This document shows, one piece after another, positions 38,309-49,637 of a DNA stretch of 64,000 bases. The stretch is taken from positions 277,884,001 through 277,948,000 of the forward strand of contig OZ024741.1 of NCBI GenBank assembly GCA_964016885.1. The letters are read 5' to 3'. This DNA comes from Eledone cirrhosa. Lineage: Eukaryota. Position numbers and translations under genes: made by a program. Under the pieces are notes generated by a model. It searched no databases. It worked only from the letters and a program-made list of their open reading frames with translations, and was not told where the DNA came from. How positions within the stretch are numbered: position 1 is the first letter of the stretch; each line of letters starts with the position of its first letter.

Positions 38309-38544
38309 GGCATACATGCAAGTTATTATACAGTAGTCATATTTTATGATAGATTTTACCTCTGCATGGGGCTTATTTAGAGCTTTGTAGATTAGATTGT
38401 TGGGAGTTCTTTGCTTTCACTAGATCTGATAAAGAAGTATGGTGGTGTATTAAATATACCAAATAATCTGGGTATTCATTTAGAATTTTTAATTAATTTC
38501 AAATGATAAATTTACACATGGTGTTGAATTACCAGTCATTAGGC

Positions 38545-38837
38545 CAATGATTCCCAATCTTTTGTGCAGCATACCCCACCCCAATATCCCCAAAATTGTT
38601 TTGACCCCACTTTGATATGAAAACAGTGATGATCAACTGTAAAGTGTAAACAAATTGGTGTATAGGTGGTGACAGATGCGCAATAACATGCATGGAGGAG
38701 GAAGTGAGACAGGAGTTTCTGACAGCAATGTGTACCAAAGTTGCTTTGGTGTAAGGTAAAACCTGAAGTTTGTTCTCATTAACATTATTTTCAAATTGCT
38801 CTCCTGTGGGGCATGCTCCTTATGTTGGGAATCACTG
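38545..38837. mobile_element. Charlie/Buster-type hAT MITE
   Basis: TIRs CAATGATTCCCAA / TTGGGAATCACTG; imperfect 8-bp TA-centred TSD CATTAGGC / CATTAGAG. Confidence 0.65.
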
Positions 38838-39026
38838 CATTAGAGTATCAGTGTTTGTTCTGGGTCTCTGTGCTCTGAGTTCAAATCAACATTACCTTGG
38901 TGGGATTTGAACTCAGAGAGAGCAGAAAGCTAAAACAAATAATACAAAGCATTCTATCTGACATTCTAACAACTCTGTCAACTCACTACCTGGAAAATAT
39001 TAATAGCAGGTTCAAAATATTCTTAC

Positions 39027-39412
39027 CAGATTAGCTTGCAGTCTCACCACTGTCTGATCCTTCAAAATAAAGCCACCATAGATAATTCTGGATGTTTCTG
39101 TCCTTTCATAGGCAACACCAAATGTTGCACTTTTATCACAGTCACTGTTATCAACAAGAGCAAATCGGCCATCTATATTCTCAATTGGTCGGAACCGGAA
39201 TGAAAGGGTGAAATTGGAGCCAAAATACATATTATTCAATGCCCAAACAGTGACAGATGAGTCATTAAAAAAAGCAGCAGCTGAACCAGAGGCGCCCTCT
39301 ACAGGAAGAATATTGATTGACCTGGCTCCAGTACCTTTAGGATACTTTGAGTAATCCTTCCAATCTTTGTCAAAAGGGAGGTAAATGAAAGGTTTACATG
39401 TTTTAATAATGT
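39027..39412 (-). CDS. Pif-like ChtBD2/LamG protein, exon 5 (start of the LamG/ConA-like domain)
   Basis: TTGCAG acceptor, GTAAGA donor; NIIKTCKPFIYLPFDKDWKDYS…AAAFFNDS…FGSNFTLSFRFRP…ALVDNSDC. Confidence 0.88.
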
Positions 39413-41037
39413 CTGCAATGGAATGAAAAAAAAGTAATTCTTTAATAATTGTTCTCTATAAAACAAACAAACAAAAGTAAAAAGTGATATAAAAACGTTT
39501 CCTTTCAAAATTAATTATTTCTAATAGTGGCACAAGGCCAGCAATTTACAGGAAGGAGAAAGTTGATTATATCAACCCTAGTACCTAACTGATACATTAT
39601 TTTATTGACTCCGGAAGGATGAAAGGCAAAGTTGACCTCAGCAGGATTTAAACTCAGAACCTAGAAACATTTAGTCCAACACTCTACTGATAACTAATCC
39701 ACCACATTCTTCCTTTCCAAATTAATTAGGATAAATCTTATGATTTATTAAGGTGTTTCAGTTATTTGAAATTTGAAATATTGGAATCCAAATACAGAAA
39801 TTGCTATAATAATAATAATGGTTTCTGATTTAGGCAAGGCCAATAATTTGGGCAGAGAGGAAAGTTGATTAAATTGAGTTGATTAAATTGATTAAGTTGA
39901 TTAAATTGAGTTGATTATGGAGTTATGGCTCATTACGTTCTGAGTTCAAATCTCGCTGAGGTTAGATTTGCCTTCATATTTGCGAAATCGATAAAATAAA
40001 TTACCAGTAATGCACTGATTCAAATTTAATCAAATTGCTGGCCTTGTGCCTAAATCATTATTATTTATAACAATTTTTACTTTTGGATTTCAGCATTTCA
40101 TATTAATAAGGATATATTCTTTCTATGCATCAAAAAACTTATTGAATTGTAGCTTGGCAGGATGAAAGGTCACTGGGTTATCGGTGTCTCACCCCTTACA
40201 TGTCATGTTATGCTTTTGTTTCCAGTGGTTCTTTTTTGAGATATGTAATCCTCTGGAAATTTCTCCTACCCATGTTTAGAGGCAGCTGATATCTATGACA
40301 TCTGTTGACACACTTACATAAGAATACAACCCTTTACTTAGCCCGATACTCTTGACTGCTCCATCACAACCCTTGACTTTGTACATTTCTCATTAACGTG
40401 TAAGTGGCTGAGCATTCCACAGACATGTACCTTTAGCATAGTTCTCAAGGAAATTCAGCATGACAATGTGTGACATGGCTGGCCAACCCACCCCTTGGAT
40501 TATAGGTATAACACACATTAATTTGCCAGCTAAGTGCACTGAAGCAACGTGAAATAAGGTGTCTTGCTCAAGGATACAATATACAATGCCCCCCCCCCCC
40601 CATTCAGCTGGTCTGGTCTGGGAATTGGACTTACAATCTTAAGTCTAACACTCAATCCACTACACCACATACCTTCACAAACTCTACCACTACTTCTCTC
40701 ACTCTCTTTTGAATGAATAAGATATTTGCTCTAATAGCTAATAAAAGGTTGCCAACTAATTACATCAATTGTCAAGTCAAGAGTACTCAAACTATACGGT
40801 CATATAAAAAGATCAACTTGTGGTGTGAGTAGGTTATGCCTGGAAGGAAGGTTGGCTGGTAAGAGGAGCAGAGGCCGGCAGCCAAAATGATGGCCTGATA
40901 ATGTCAACTTATGGACTAGACTTGATCTTTGCTCTTTAAACTCTGCTGTTGATGATCAAACTTTAAGGAGAAAAATATGTCATGTTGATGCACAGTCTGC
41001 AACTGGCGAAGTTTAGCATCACAAAAAAAAAACTAAC

Positions 41038-41187
41038 TTGTGTTATTTCGACGACCTCTGATACAAGAACATGCATCAGGCGAGAAGATGGTACCAAGAG
41101 GACATGGCATCCGATAATTGTAGCCATGAACTTCTTCAATGTAGAAACGGATGTCATCCAAAACTGCCTTTTTGGTGCAAAGTGGGA
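41038..41187 (-). CDS. Pif-like ChtBD2/LamG protein, exon 4 (degenerate chitin-binding-type module)
   Basis: TTTCAG acceptor, GTTAGT donor; IPLCTKKAVLDDIRFYIEEVHGYNYRMPCPLGTIFSPDACSC ('MPC..GT.F….C.C'). Confidence 0.85.
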
Positions 41188-41498
41188 CTGAAATGAAAAA
41201 TTACATTATATTAGTTTTTTTTTAAATTCTATATATTCAATATAGAAAAAGGGTCCTCTCCACCCAGAAGGTGGTGGAGGTTGGGTGGGAAAGTGGGATA
41301 TGGCGACAGGTTGGGGAAAATTGCAAAGGCAAGAAGAAAGTAACGTTTATGATCAAATATTTACCATAACCATGAGTTAACATAATTGTCTCATGAGTGA
41401 AATTTGGTATATATAACACTCATAAGGCGTTGGTAACCCTGAACCCAGAACCAAATGGCTGCGAAGTGAACTCCTTAACCACTCGACCAAGCCTGTAC

Positions 41499-41534
<36 letters not shown>

Positions 41535-41627
41535 AATAATTGTAAATAAAATGGCACTTAAAAAATTAAGATGAAGAGCTGAAGAAAATAGAGGATCTAT
41601 GATTTTTACAAGTGTTTATATTTCTCA

Positions 41628-41810
41628 TTCATCATCATCATCATCACTATCATCATCATTACCACCACCATACCACCATCACCATCATCATTACTACCAC
41701 CACCACCACCATCACTACCACCACAATCATCACTTCCACCACCACCACCATCACCATTACTCTACCACCACCACCACCACCCCACCACCACCACCACCAC
41801 CATCACCATA
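41628..41810. repeat. (CAT/CAC)n trinucleotide microsatellite tract
   Basis: Direct reading; similar tracts at ~53525-53790, ~56710-57040 and ~59705-59800 generate the spurious poly-His/Met/Ile ORFs. Confidence 0.9.
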
Positions 41811-42281
41811 CTGCCAAGCCACTGCCTTTCAAAGTAATCTATATATCAATTTCTGCGATTCTGTCACAACACATAAAGAGAGAGGAGTTGTTTGACTACC
41901 TCATACCACTCCTCTCTCTTTACGTCTGTTGCCTACATGTATGTGTGTGTAAAAGGAAGAAAGGATATGGTGAAAAAACTACGCTGTGTGTGAATGTATG
42001 TGTATGTGTGCGTTTGTATAAATGTATGTGTGTGTGTTTGTGTGAATGTATGTGTGTGTTTGTGTGAATGTATGTGTGTATTTGTGTGAATGTATGTCTG
42101 TGAGTGTGTATTTTTGAAAGTGTGTCTGTGTTTGCACATTTATATTTATATACTCATACATATAAATGTATGCATATGCATATGCACATACACACACGCA
42201 CACACATATACACATATGTGTCAGCGTATGGAAAAAAAAATTCTAGTATTAACAAAAGATTTCCAATATAGGAAGACTTAC

Positions 42282-42494
42282 TTAGAGGTGTGCTCTCTGA
42301 GACAAGAGAATGTGTGTTATGACAATTGGAACGACAAAAATTGTCTTCCACACATTCCTGTATCTCTTCATCAAATCTGTATTGATCTTCACAACAAGTC
42401 CGTTGACTCTCACGTGTCCCATTTTTACATTTATAATAAGCAGCACAAGAAAAAATCTCTCGATAACCCACCCGTCCAGGTTGTTTGCAAGGGT
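42282..42494 (-). CDS. Pif-like ChtBD2/LamG protein, exon 3
   Basis: TTTCAG acceptor, GTAAGT donor; DPCKQPGRVGYREIFSCAAYYKCKNGTRESQRTCCEDQYRFDEEIQECVEDNFCRSNC (Cys-rich ChtBD2-like module). Confidence 0.88.
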   Translation of the reverse strand, partial: TLANNLDGWVIERFFLVLLIINVKMGHVRVNGLVVKINTDLMKRYRNVWKTIFVVPIVITHILLSQRAHL

Positions 42495-44159
42495 CTGAAA
42501 TAAAAATAAGTAATATTGTCAATTCAAAAAAAAAACTGAAGTAAGATCTGATTTCAAGATGATAAAACATTTCCTGTTATTTTATTTTTTTTTTAAGCTC
42601 TCTAGTTAAAGACTGAGACCGATCAGCATAAAGATCAAAATATGATTTGTATTGTGTCAATTGTAATTTATATCATTAAAATTATTATTTAATCTTTTAG
42701 CATTTAGATTACTCTATATACACTATTATATTTTTGTGGTAAAGGCTTTATCTCACATAATATCAAATCCATGAGATTTTGATGTTATCTATTTTGAGAA
42801 CAATACCTTAACATCAGTATGAGTGGCCTGTTACAGCCAGTTTGAAAAGAAAGAGGTGAAAGAATTCTGACTAGATACAGCCGGTTTAAATGCTAAAGGA
42901 TTAACAGATTAAAATAGGTTTTGTATTGTGTCAATTTTAATTTATGTCAGTAAAATTATTATTTAATAATTGACTTACATTGACATCACATTACATGGGA
43001 CAAGGAGAATATTGTTAGATAGCGATACATCTGGGAGACAGTAATTCTTTCTCTTACTTTCATTCTCTTTTATAACTTCAAAGATTGTTAGTATAAAAAG
43101 TTTCATGAAGAAGTAGTTACTCATATGATAGGTGATGAGAGTATAGCCAGCTACTGGATATTTAGTGTCAAATGTTAGCCTAGCCCTATAATGTGCACCT
43201 CATTCTCTAAAATAAAATAATTTCAACTTACAGCATCATAAGCTAATAAAGCTAGTTTTTGACATTTCTGGCTCTGACCACACTAAGAAAATTACTGAGC
43301 TGAATTCTCCACTACATAGTTCACATTCACCCATGCTAAATCTATAAGTATTCATAATGGCAAATAATGTTGGACTTGTTTTCAGGCTGAGTTAGGGGGG
43401 CATATTTTGTAATCAAGTTATTAGAACTTATATTGGAGAGGATGACCATTTAAATAAAAATTCAGTGGATTGGCAGTAACTGTAGAATGTCGGTCAACAT
43501 GTTTTGCAGCATATGGTTACAGCCCTTTATGTTCAGATCTTGCTACGGTTAGATTTGCCTTTCATCCTGATAGGGTTGATAAAATAAAGTACCAGTAATA
43601 CTCTGGGTCAATTTAATCAACTTTCCTCCTTATTTTCAAATTGCTGGCCTTGTGTCAAAGGTAGAAACAATTATTAAGTTAGTAACTTAACATAAGGTTC
43701 ATACATTACCATAAGTTAGATGATTTTAATTTTAATTTTAAAATGGTTTTGTTTCATAGAACCAGAACTGGTTTTGGTTGGGTTGGGTTGGTACCAAAAG
43801 GGTTAATGAAGAATTTTGAGAGATTAACTAAAGTTATTAATTATTTCATTATTAAGACAGGATACAAGCATGGCCTAAGGTTCATTCATAAAATTAATTT
43901 GGAAGATTTTAACTGAAATAGGAACCCTTTAAAATGGGTGGTTTTGTTTCCTAGAATCAGAACCAGTTTTTGGCTAGGTTGGTATACTCTTTTACTCTTT
44001 TACCTGTTCCAGCAGATTAGCTGAGGCCATGCTGGGGCATACTATTGAAAAATAACCAGCAGCTGCTATGAGAATCAAACTCTGTACTACTCGAATATCG
44101 GCCTTATGCATTAGCCATTAAACAATAGGATTTACAAAGAAATAAGATTTAGGACTTAC

Positions 44160-44357
44160 CTTGAGGACAATAAACGTTGTAGGGATGTCGACAGGTGAGA
44201 TCATCTTGAGACCAGTAAAGACCATCTGGACATTCTTTTACAGAAGCCATTACTGTGCGGTTGTCACCACTTTGGGAACAGTGAACAAATACATCACACC
44301 GTAGTGGATGAGAGTAATAACCAGCACCTGTATTTACAATACATGCTTCACAAAATC
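44160..44357 (-). CDS. Pif-like ChtBD2/LamG protein, exon 2 (chitin-binding type 2 / peritrophin-A domain)
   Basis: TTACAG acceptor, GTAAGT donor; FCEACIVNTGAGYYSHPLRCDVFVHC…KECPDGLYWSQDDLTCRHPYNVYC has the CBM14 cysteine and aromatic spacing. Confidence 0.9.
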
Positions 44358-46549
44358 CTGTAAGTAAACAAAGTAAAAAACCTGGTTATAATACACTGGG
44401 GATAAGGACAAGGATCCCCCTCCTCCTTCTTTTTCTTCTTCTTCTTCTTCTTCACCACCCAGTTATTCATGGGAGCGTCGTGGGGGCAGAGTCCTCATAC
44501 ATGCCTTTCATAGGGTTGTGTCAGAAGCAACCATTTTCAATTGATCCAGCTGGATCCCCAAGTGAAACCAGCCAAACTCATGGATGTTATCCAATTATCT
44601 TGCTCAGGGTCTACCCCTGGGTCCCCTACCAGTAGGTTTTGCCTGTAATATCAGTCCAATGATTCTTTCCTGAAACATTCTAACCACATATCCGTAATAT
44701 CGGAGCTGTGATCTCTCAATTCATAGAAGTAGCAGCTCTACCTGGAACAACTCTCTGATCTCTATCAAATAATGTTATACCAAAGATACTTTGGAGGCAC
44801 CTAATTTCAGCCACTTGTATTCATGATCATATTCTTTCGGTCATTACCCAAGATTCACAAATAGTGTGTGTGATTTTATTGTCAAAATTGGCAGCATGAC
44901 AATCCCCAAGAATAACAATATCTGTTTCAACACACGATTTCACACCAGAAATCTTGCAAAACAAATACATAAACATTCTTATATAAAATTATGATGGAAT
45001 GTTGACAGTTTTATCACAGAACCAAAGGTAGTTTCATGTCGGTTGGTATCAAAAGAGTTAAGCACTTCCTATTTCAGACAAGATGCGATAAAGTCTATGA
45101 TTAATGTGTATGTGTATTTATGTGTGTGTAATTGGAAGCTACAATTGTTTTTGCCGATGTACTGTATTTTTTGGCGTCTAATGCACTTTTTTCCTAAAAT
45201 TTTGACCTAAACTCTATGTATGTGTTATACGCACATACAGCAATTTTTTGAAGCAATATTAATTAACTGTCATGTTGAAATATAAATTACTATTATGTTG
45301 AAACTGTTCAAATTATTGGAAAAATGGGCAAAACTTTGTTGCCAAATCAACTTCTATATTTTTACCACATTTTACCGGCTTTCTGAAATTCTTAACCATC
45401 ATTTGTTACATTAACTACTTTTTTTTTTACTTAACCTTTTTTCTCAAAATTAAAGTGCGTGTTATACACCAAAGCTCAGAAATGACTCGTTTTTTTTTAG
45501 AAAGCAGAGGGAAAAACTGGAACAGGGAACATCCTCAGAGTTTTCTTTACAAATTAATTTTTTTCCAGTTTCTTTTTTTTCTTTTTCTACAAAACTGACC
45601 TTCAAACTTGTCGAAAATGATGTGATTTTTCTTCAGAAAATTAAAGAGGAAAAGGTGGGAGACACCCATGGAGTTTTCTTTACAATTAATTTTTGCCTTT
45701 TTTTCCATCTGTTTTCAATGAATCTGACCATCAAAAACATTGGCAATTATTCGTTTTTCAGTTAACCGGGCCTCACAACAAATATCGGGAGGAGAGTTCC
45801 TTCTCCCTTCATTTTCTAAAAAATGGGTCCTTTCCGAAGGGTTTGGCAGTCAGATTTGTTGTAAATACGTACACATAATTTTAAAAACAACAACAACAAA
45901 ATCAAACAAAAAAATAGGAAGAAATTTTCCATTGAATGCGAGACGAGTGTGGATCTATCATTTTTTCAAATAAATCAAAAGTTTGTATGATGCCTGAGTG
46001 AGAAGTGTAATGTTACATGACAGTAAGATATGGGTGATAAATGCAGAGGATATATGGAAGTTGAGAAGAAATGAAGTGGGTATTTTCCATTGAAAGTGTA
46101 CAGTTAGTGTGCATGGATATACTGAGAAAAAACTGGGTATAAGAGAAATCAGATATAGTGTGCACAAGAGCAGACTGAATTGGTATGAACATGTAATCTG
46201 CATGGATGATTATTGCTGGGTGAAGAAACACTAGGTGATGCCAATGGAAAGAAGCTGCCGTAGAAGATCAAGAAAAACCTGGGCAGAGATTGTTAGAGCC
46301 AATCTAAAAATGCTGAATCTCACAGAGGAGATGAAGGAATGTTACTGATTAAGGAAATGGGATAGGGACTCACGAAGCTGTAGCCCAGGGCCCCAGAATT
46401 TTTAAAGTGTCTTTTTTAGAAATAGCAACCAAATTCTCTCAAAACACCTTAAAATTAAAGGGCACATTAATGGAATGTTTACAGCTGGAACACCTTTGTT
46501 TATTGGTCTCTTCAATCAGCCCACACCTGTACATATGTGTATATGTAGG

Positions 46550-46860
46550 AATATGTCAGGTCAGGCTTCTGCCTGCTAAAGGTACCAAGTAATCCAGTAA
46601 CAACTTGCTTAATGGGTGACAACCTGCTTCATGGTTACTGACCTGACCTGGTCTGGTCAGGTCAGGCACCTGCCTGCTACTGGTAGCTTGTAATCCAATA
46701 CAACCTGCTTCATGGTCGGGTGGTCAGCGACTAAACTGACTCCCCACCATGACACCCTGATCTGGTCAGGTTAGGCTTTTGTCTGTTATTAGTACCAGGT
46801 AATGCAGTACAACCTGCTTCATGATCGTATGGTCAGCGACTAAACTAGCACCCTCACCAG
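46550..46860. repeat. Degenerate tandem repeat (~80-110-bp unit, 3 copies)
   Basis: Recurring GTCAGGTCAGGC…GTAATCCAGTACAACCTGCTTCATGG…GGTCAGCGACTAAACT. Confidence 0.6.
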
Positions 46861-47129
46861 AGAACAAGGAGATTAAGGAGAACTCCAGCAGCACAAATAG
46901 CTGTTAAAAGGGCAGATGAACTCTTCAGAGTTAACAACCATCCATCCTAATTATGGGTTAAATAATCTCACCAACCAGCAATCGGCCAAGCATGGTGAGT
47001 ACAGCTATACCCCTAACATGACCAAAACCAAACAGAAAGTAGTGGAGATCAACTAGGGAGGGGTTCCTCCAACAGGAGTGATAAAATCCTGGATTGGATT
47101 GGGTTGGAAATATGAATATGAATACTTAC

Positions 47130-47250
47130 GGTCAAGATCTGTGTCCAGAGTATTTTGGCCCCAAACAAATGACATTAATGTTAACATGACCAACAGAACA
47201 GACATTCGTGGATGGTGCATACTTTTCTTAAAGTCCGGTAGATTTTCCAT
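47130..47250 (-). CDS. Pif-like ChtBD2/LamG protein, first coding exon (signal peptide)
   Basis: MENLPDFKKSMHHPRMSVLLVMLTLMSFVWGQNTLDTDLD then GTAAGT donor; hydrophobic core with a VWG-Q cleavage-like site. All eight exons sum to 1281 nt (426 aa + stop) with consistent phases. The true start Met is uncertain. Confidence 0.75.
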
Positions 47251-48218
47251 AGCTGTGTGGGTTTTTTTTTTTGTTTTTAAATACAAAAGAGAAAGTAGAA
47301 ATCAGTTTTTTGCTGGTCTCCAGACATGTAACATGTTTATATATAAGGTCGTTGTAGATTATAGAGCAGTTGTTGATTGGTAAAATATATTTAAAGCATG
47401 CTGCTTTCTTCCACTAGAAACTCTTCGTCAACAAGGAGACACCAGAAAAGAAAGAAAAAACAAAGACATTGAAAGAATTTTTCGCTTTAAAATTAAGTCT
47501 TGTATGCGAACACCACCGTAAACAATATGACTGGACAACTTCCCTTTAACATTTTTTCTTTTGAGCTTTATGTATTTTTATATTATTTATCTGTCTTTTT
47601 TATATTTTGTGAGAGCATGTCAACAAGACAGCGTTCCAGCGGAGGTAAATATAAACGAAAATATTACAAAGGAAAAGAGGATTGTTACAGATTTAAAATT
47701 ACCAAATATTTCTAACACAAATAACACCAACAATAACACCAACAACACCAACAACCCAACAACAACACCATCAACCCAACAACAACACCATTAATAACAA
47801 CAGCAACAACAAAAATAACAGCGGTAAAGTCGAGAACGACAATAACAATGACAATAACAACAGCCACAACAACAATAATAGTAGGAACAGTATTAACAAA
47901 AACAACAATAATAACAACAGCCACAATAACAGTAACAACAGCAACAGTATCAACGAAAACAACAACAACAACACCAACAACTGTACCAACGAAAACATCA
48001 ACAATGACATCGATACCTGTAATAGCGATCTCAGCACCACCAGCAAGACCAATAGCGGCAACAATAGTGGTGCTACTGAAAAAAGGGACCATTTCTTTTG
48101 CAGGTGTCGCCCGAAATATCGAAACAGTGTTAGTCACAGAGGAGGAGATGGCAGTCGCAAGGGCCATGGTGACAAGAAACCTCCACCCGACTTTTTCAAG
48201 GACCAGCAGCTACGGACG

Positions 48219-49436
48219 GTGACTTACCGCACCGTAAGCAAAATCTCACATCGGATGGAGAGAGCCACGGAGGCTCAAATCCAAAAGGCCTTGGGGTGCG
48301 TCTGGGCACGCAAAACCCACATCACCCGAGACAGAAAGTACGCCACAGTAGACGTACTTTTCGCCACCCCCCAGGAAGCGAAGTCTCACTCTTTGGAAAC
48401 CCTAAAGAGTGAGGAGATAGTCTTGGTGCCCTCCTACTGCGGGAAGAAAATTGTGAGGGTCAAAGTGACCCAGGTCCCACCCGACGTGCCCATACCTTGG
48501 CTGGCCGCGTCTGTCCTTGCTGGAATCGAGGACAGGACGACTATGCTGCAAGTAGAGAAAATAGAGAGAGAGAACTGGTCAGGTATAGGCATGCAAATGT
48601 TTATACAAACTGACCAGGAATGTATCGACGCTATCCCTGATATCATAGACATCAAGGAAGGACTCCAACTCCCTATAAGCGTAGAAGGAAGACGGCCAAA
48701 ATGTTATCTCTGTGGGTCGAAGGGTCACCTCAGGGCCTTTTGCCCGCAGAAGACAGCGAAGAAGAAGGCCCCTCTCCTTCCAATATCTGGTCCGCTGCTA
48801 CCAAGAGCAGGGCAGGCAACAAACGAAGAAGCCCCTTCCACAGTGAGTAGGAGGGAAACGTCCGTGGCACCCGTACCAAGGCCACTGACAACTAAAGCAG
48901 CAGCATTAGTGGCGGCAACACCAATAGCTACATTTGAAGTAGCTACACCAGCAACAAAATTACCGAAGAGGGCTCCACTACCACCACCAACAGCCGTGGA
49001 GCACATACCCCTCCCAGACGCCACGGAATCCGACATGGAGTTTGAAGTGGGAATGAAGTGGCAAACGGTCTACCACAAAAAACTAAAAAGAAAAAAACCC
49101 TTAGATTCACCCTCCAAAAGCGAAGGCACACAAAGAGGGGTAAAGGCAGCAAGGAAACTTGCAGCAACACCACCACCATCACCATCACCACCACAAGCAC
49201 CACCGCCAACAGCAACCAGACCACCACTAGCATCACCAAAAACACCAACAACGCAAACAAAACAAAACACACACACCAAACAGCAACAAAATCACCCTCC
49301 CCCAAAATTACACAGCCATAAACATGGCAAAAAAAAAGAACTCATACAATATATAAAGCAGCACAGACATCACAGAAAAAAACTACTACACCCCACCAGC
49401 ACCAATAACTCTCCCGACAAACATAAGCATCATTGA
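48219..49436 (+). CDS. Tx1-like LINE ORF1 (RRM-like region + zinc knuckle + P/T/K-rich tail)
   Basis: 405-aa ORF with a C-X2-C-X4-H-X4-C knuckle; the frame stays open upstream to ~47697 through an Asn-rich tract. Confidence 0.8.
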   Translation: MTYRTVSKISHRMERATEAQIQKALGCVWARKTHITRDRKYATVDVLFATPQEAKSHSLETLKSEEIVLVPSYCGKKIVRVKVTQVPPDVPIPWLAASVLAGIEDRTTMLQVEKIERENWSGIGMQMFIQTDQECIDAIPDIIDIKEGLQLPISVEGRRPKCYLCGSKGHLRAFCPQKTAKKKAPLLPISGPLLPRAGQATNEEAPSTVSRRETSVAPVPRPLTTKAAALVAATPIATFEVATPATKLPKRAPLPPPTAVEHIPLPDATESDMEFEVGMKWQTVYHKKLKRKKPLDSPSKSEGTQRGVKAARKLAATPPPSPSPPQAPPPTATRPPLASPKTPTTQTKQNTHTKQQQNHPPPKLHSHKHGKKKELIQYIKQHRHHRKKLLHPTSTNNSPDKHKHH

Positions 49437-49637
49437 AATCTCAATAGAACAGTACAAACCTTTAAAACAAAAATTCCCCAATGCAGTTGGAGACTTCAGA
49501 GGGTCGGTTACCAAGAGGATATACACTGACATCCTCTTGGAAACACCCATGACCAGCCAAATGGACGATTCTACTATCCCTTCACCACACGATCAAGGTA
49601 AGTGACCCTTTCTCACTTGTCCCGTTTCTCATCCAAC

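Noticed and set aside
38873-38918. 15-bp inverted repeat CTCTGAGTTCAAATC / GATTTGAACTCAGAG
   Set aside because: Explained by two truncated, oppositely oriented copies of the common SINE.
41599-42215. His/Thr/Val-Cys-rich ORFs
   Set aside because: Translations of (CAT/CAC)n and (GT)n microsatellites inside an intron; the same applies at 12636-12893, 53485-53852, 56557-57109 and 59584-59992.
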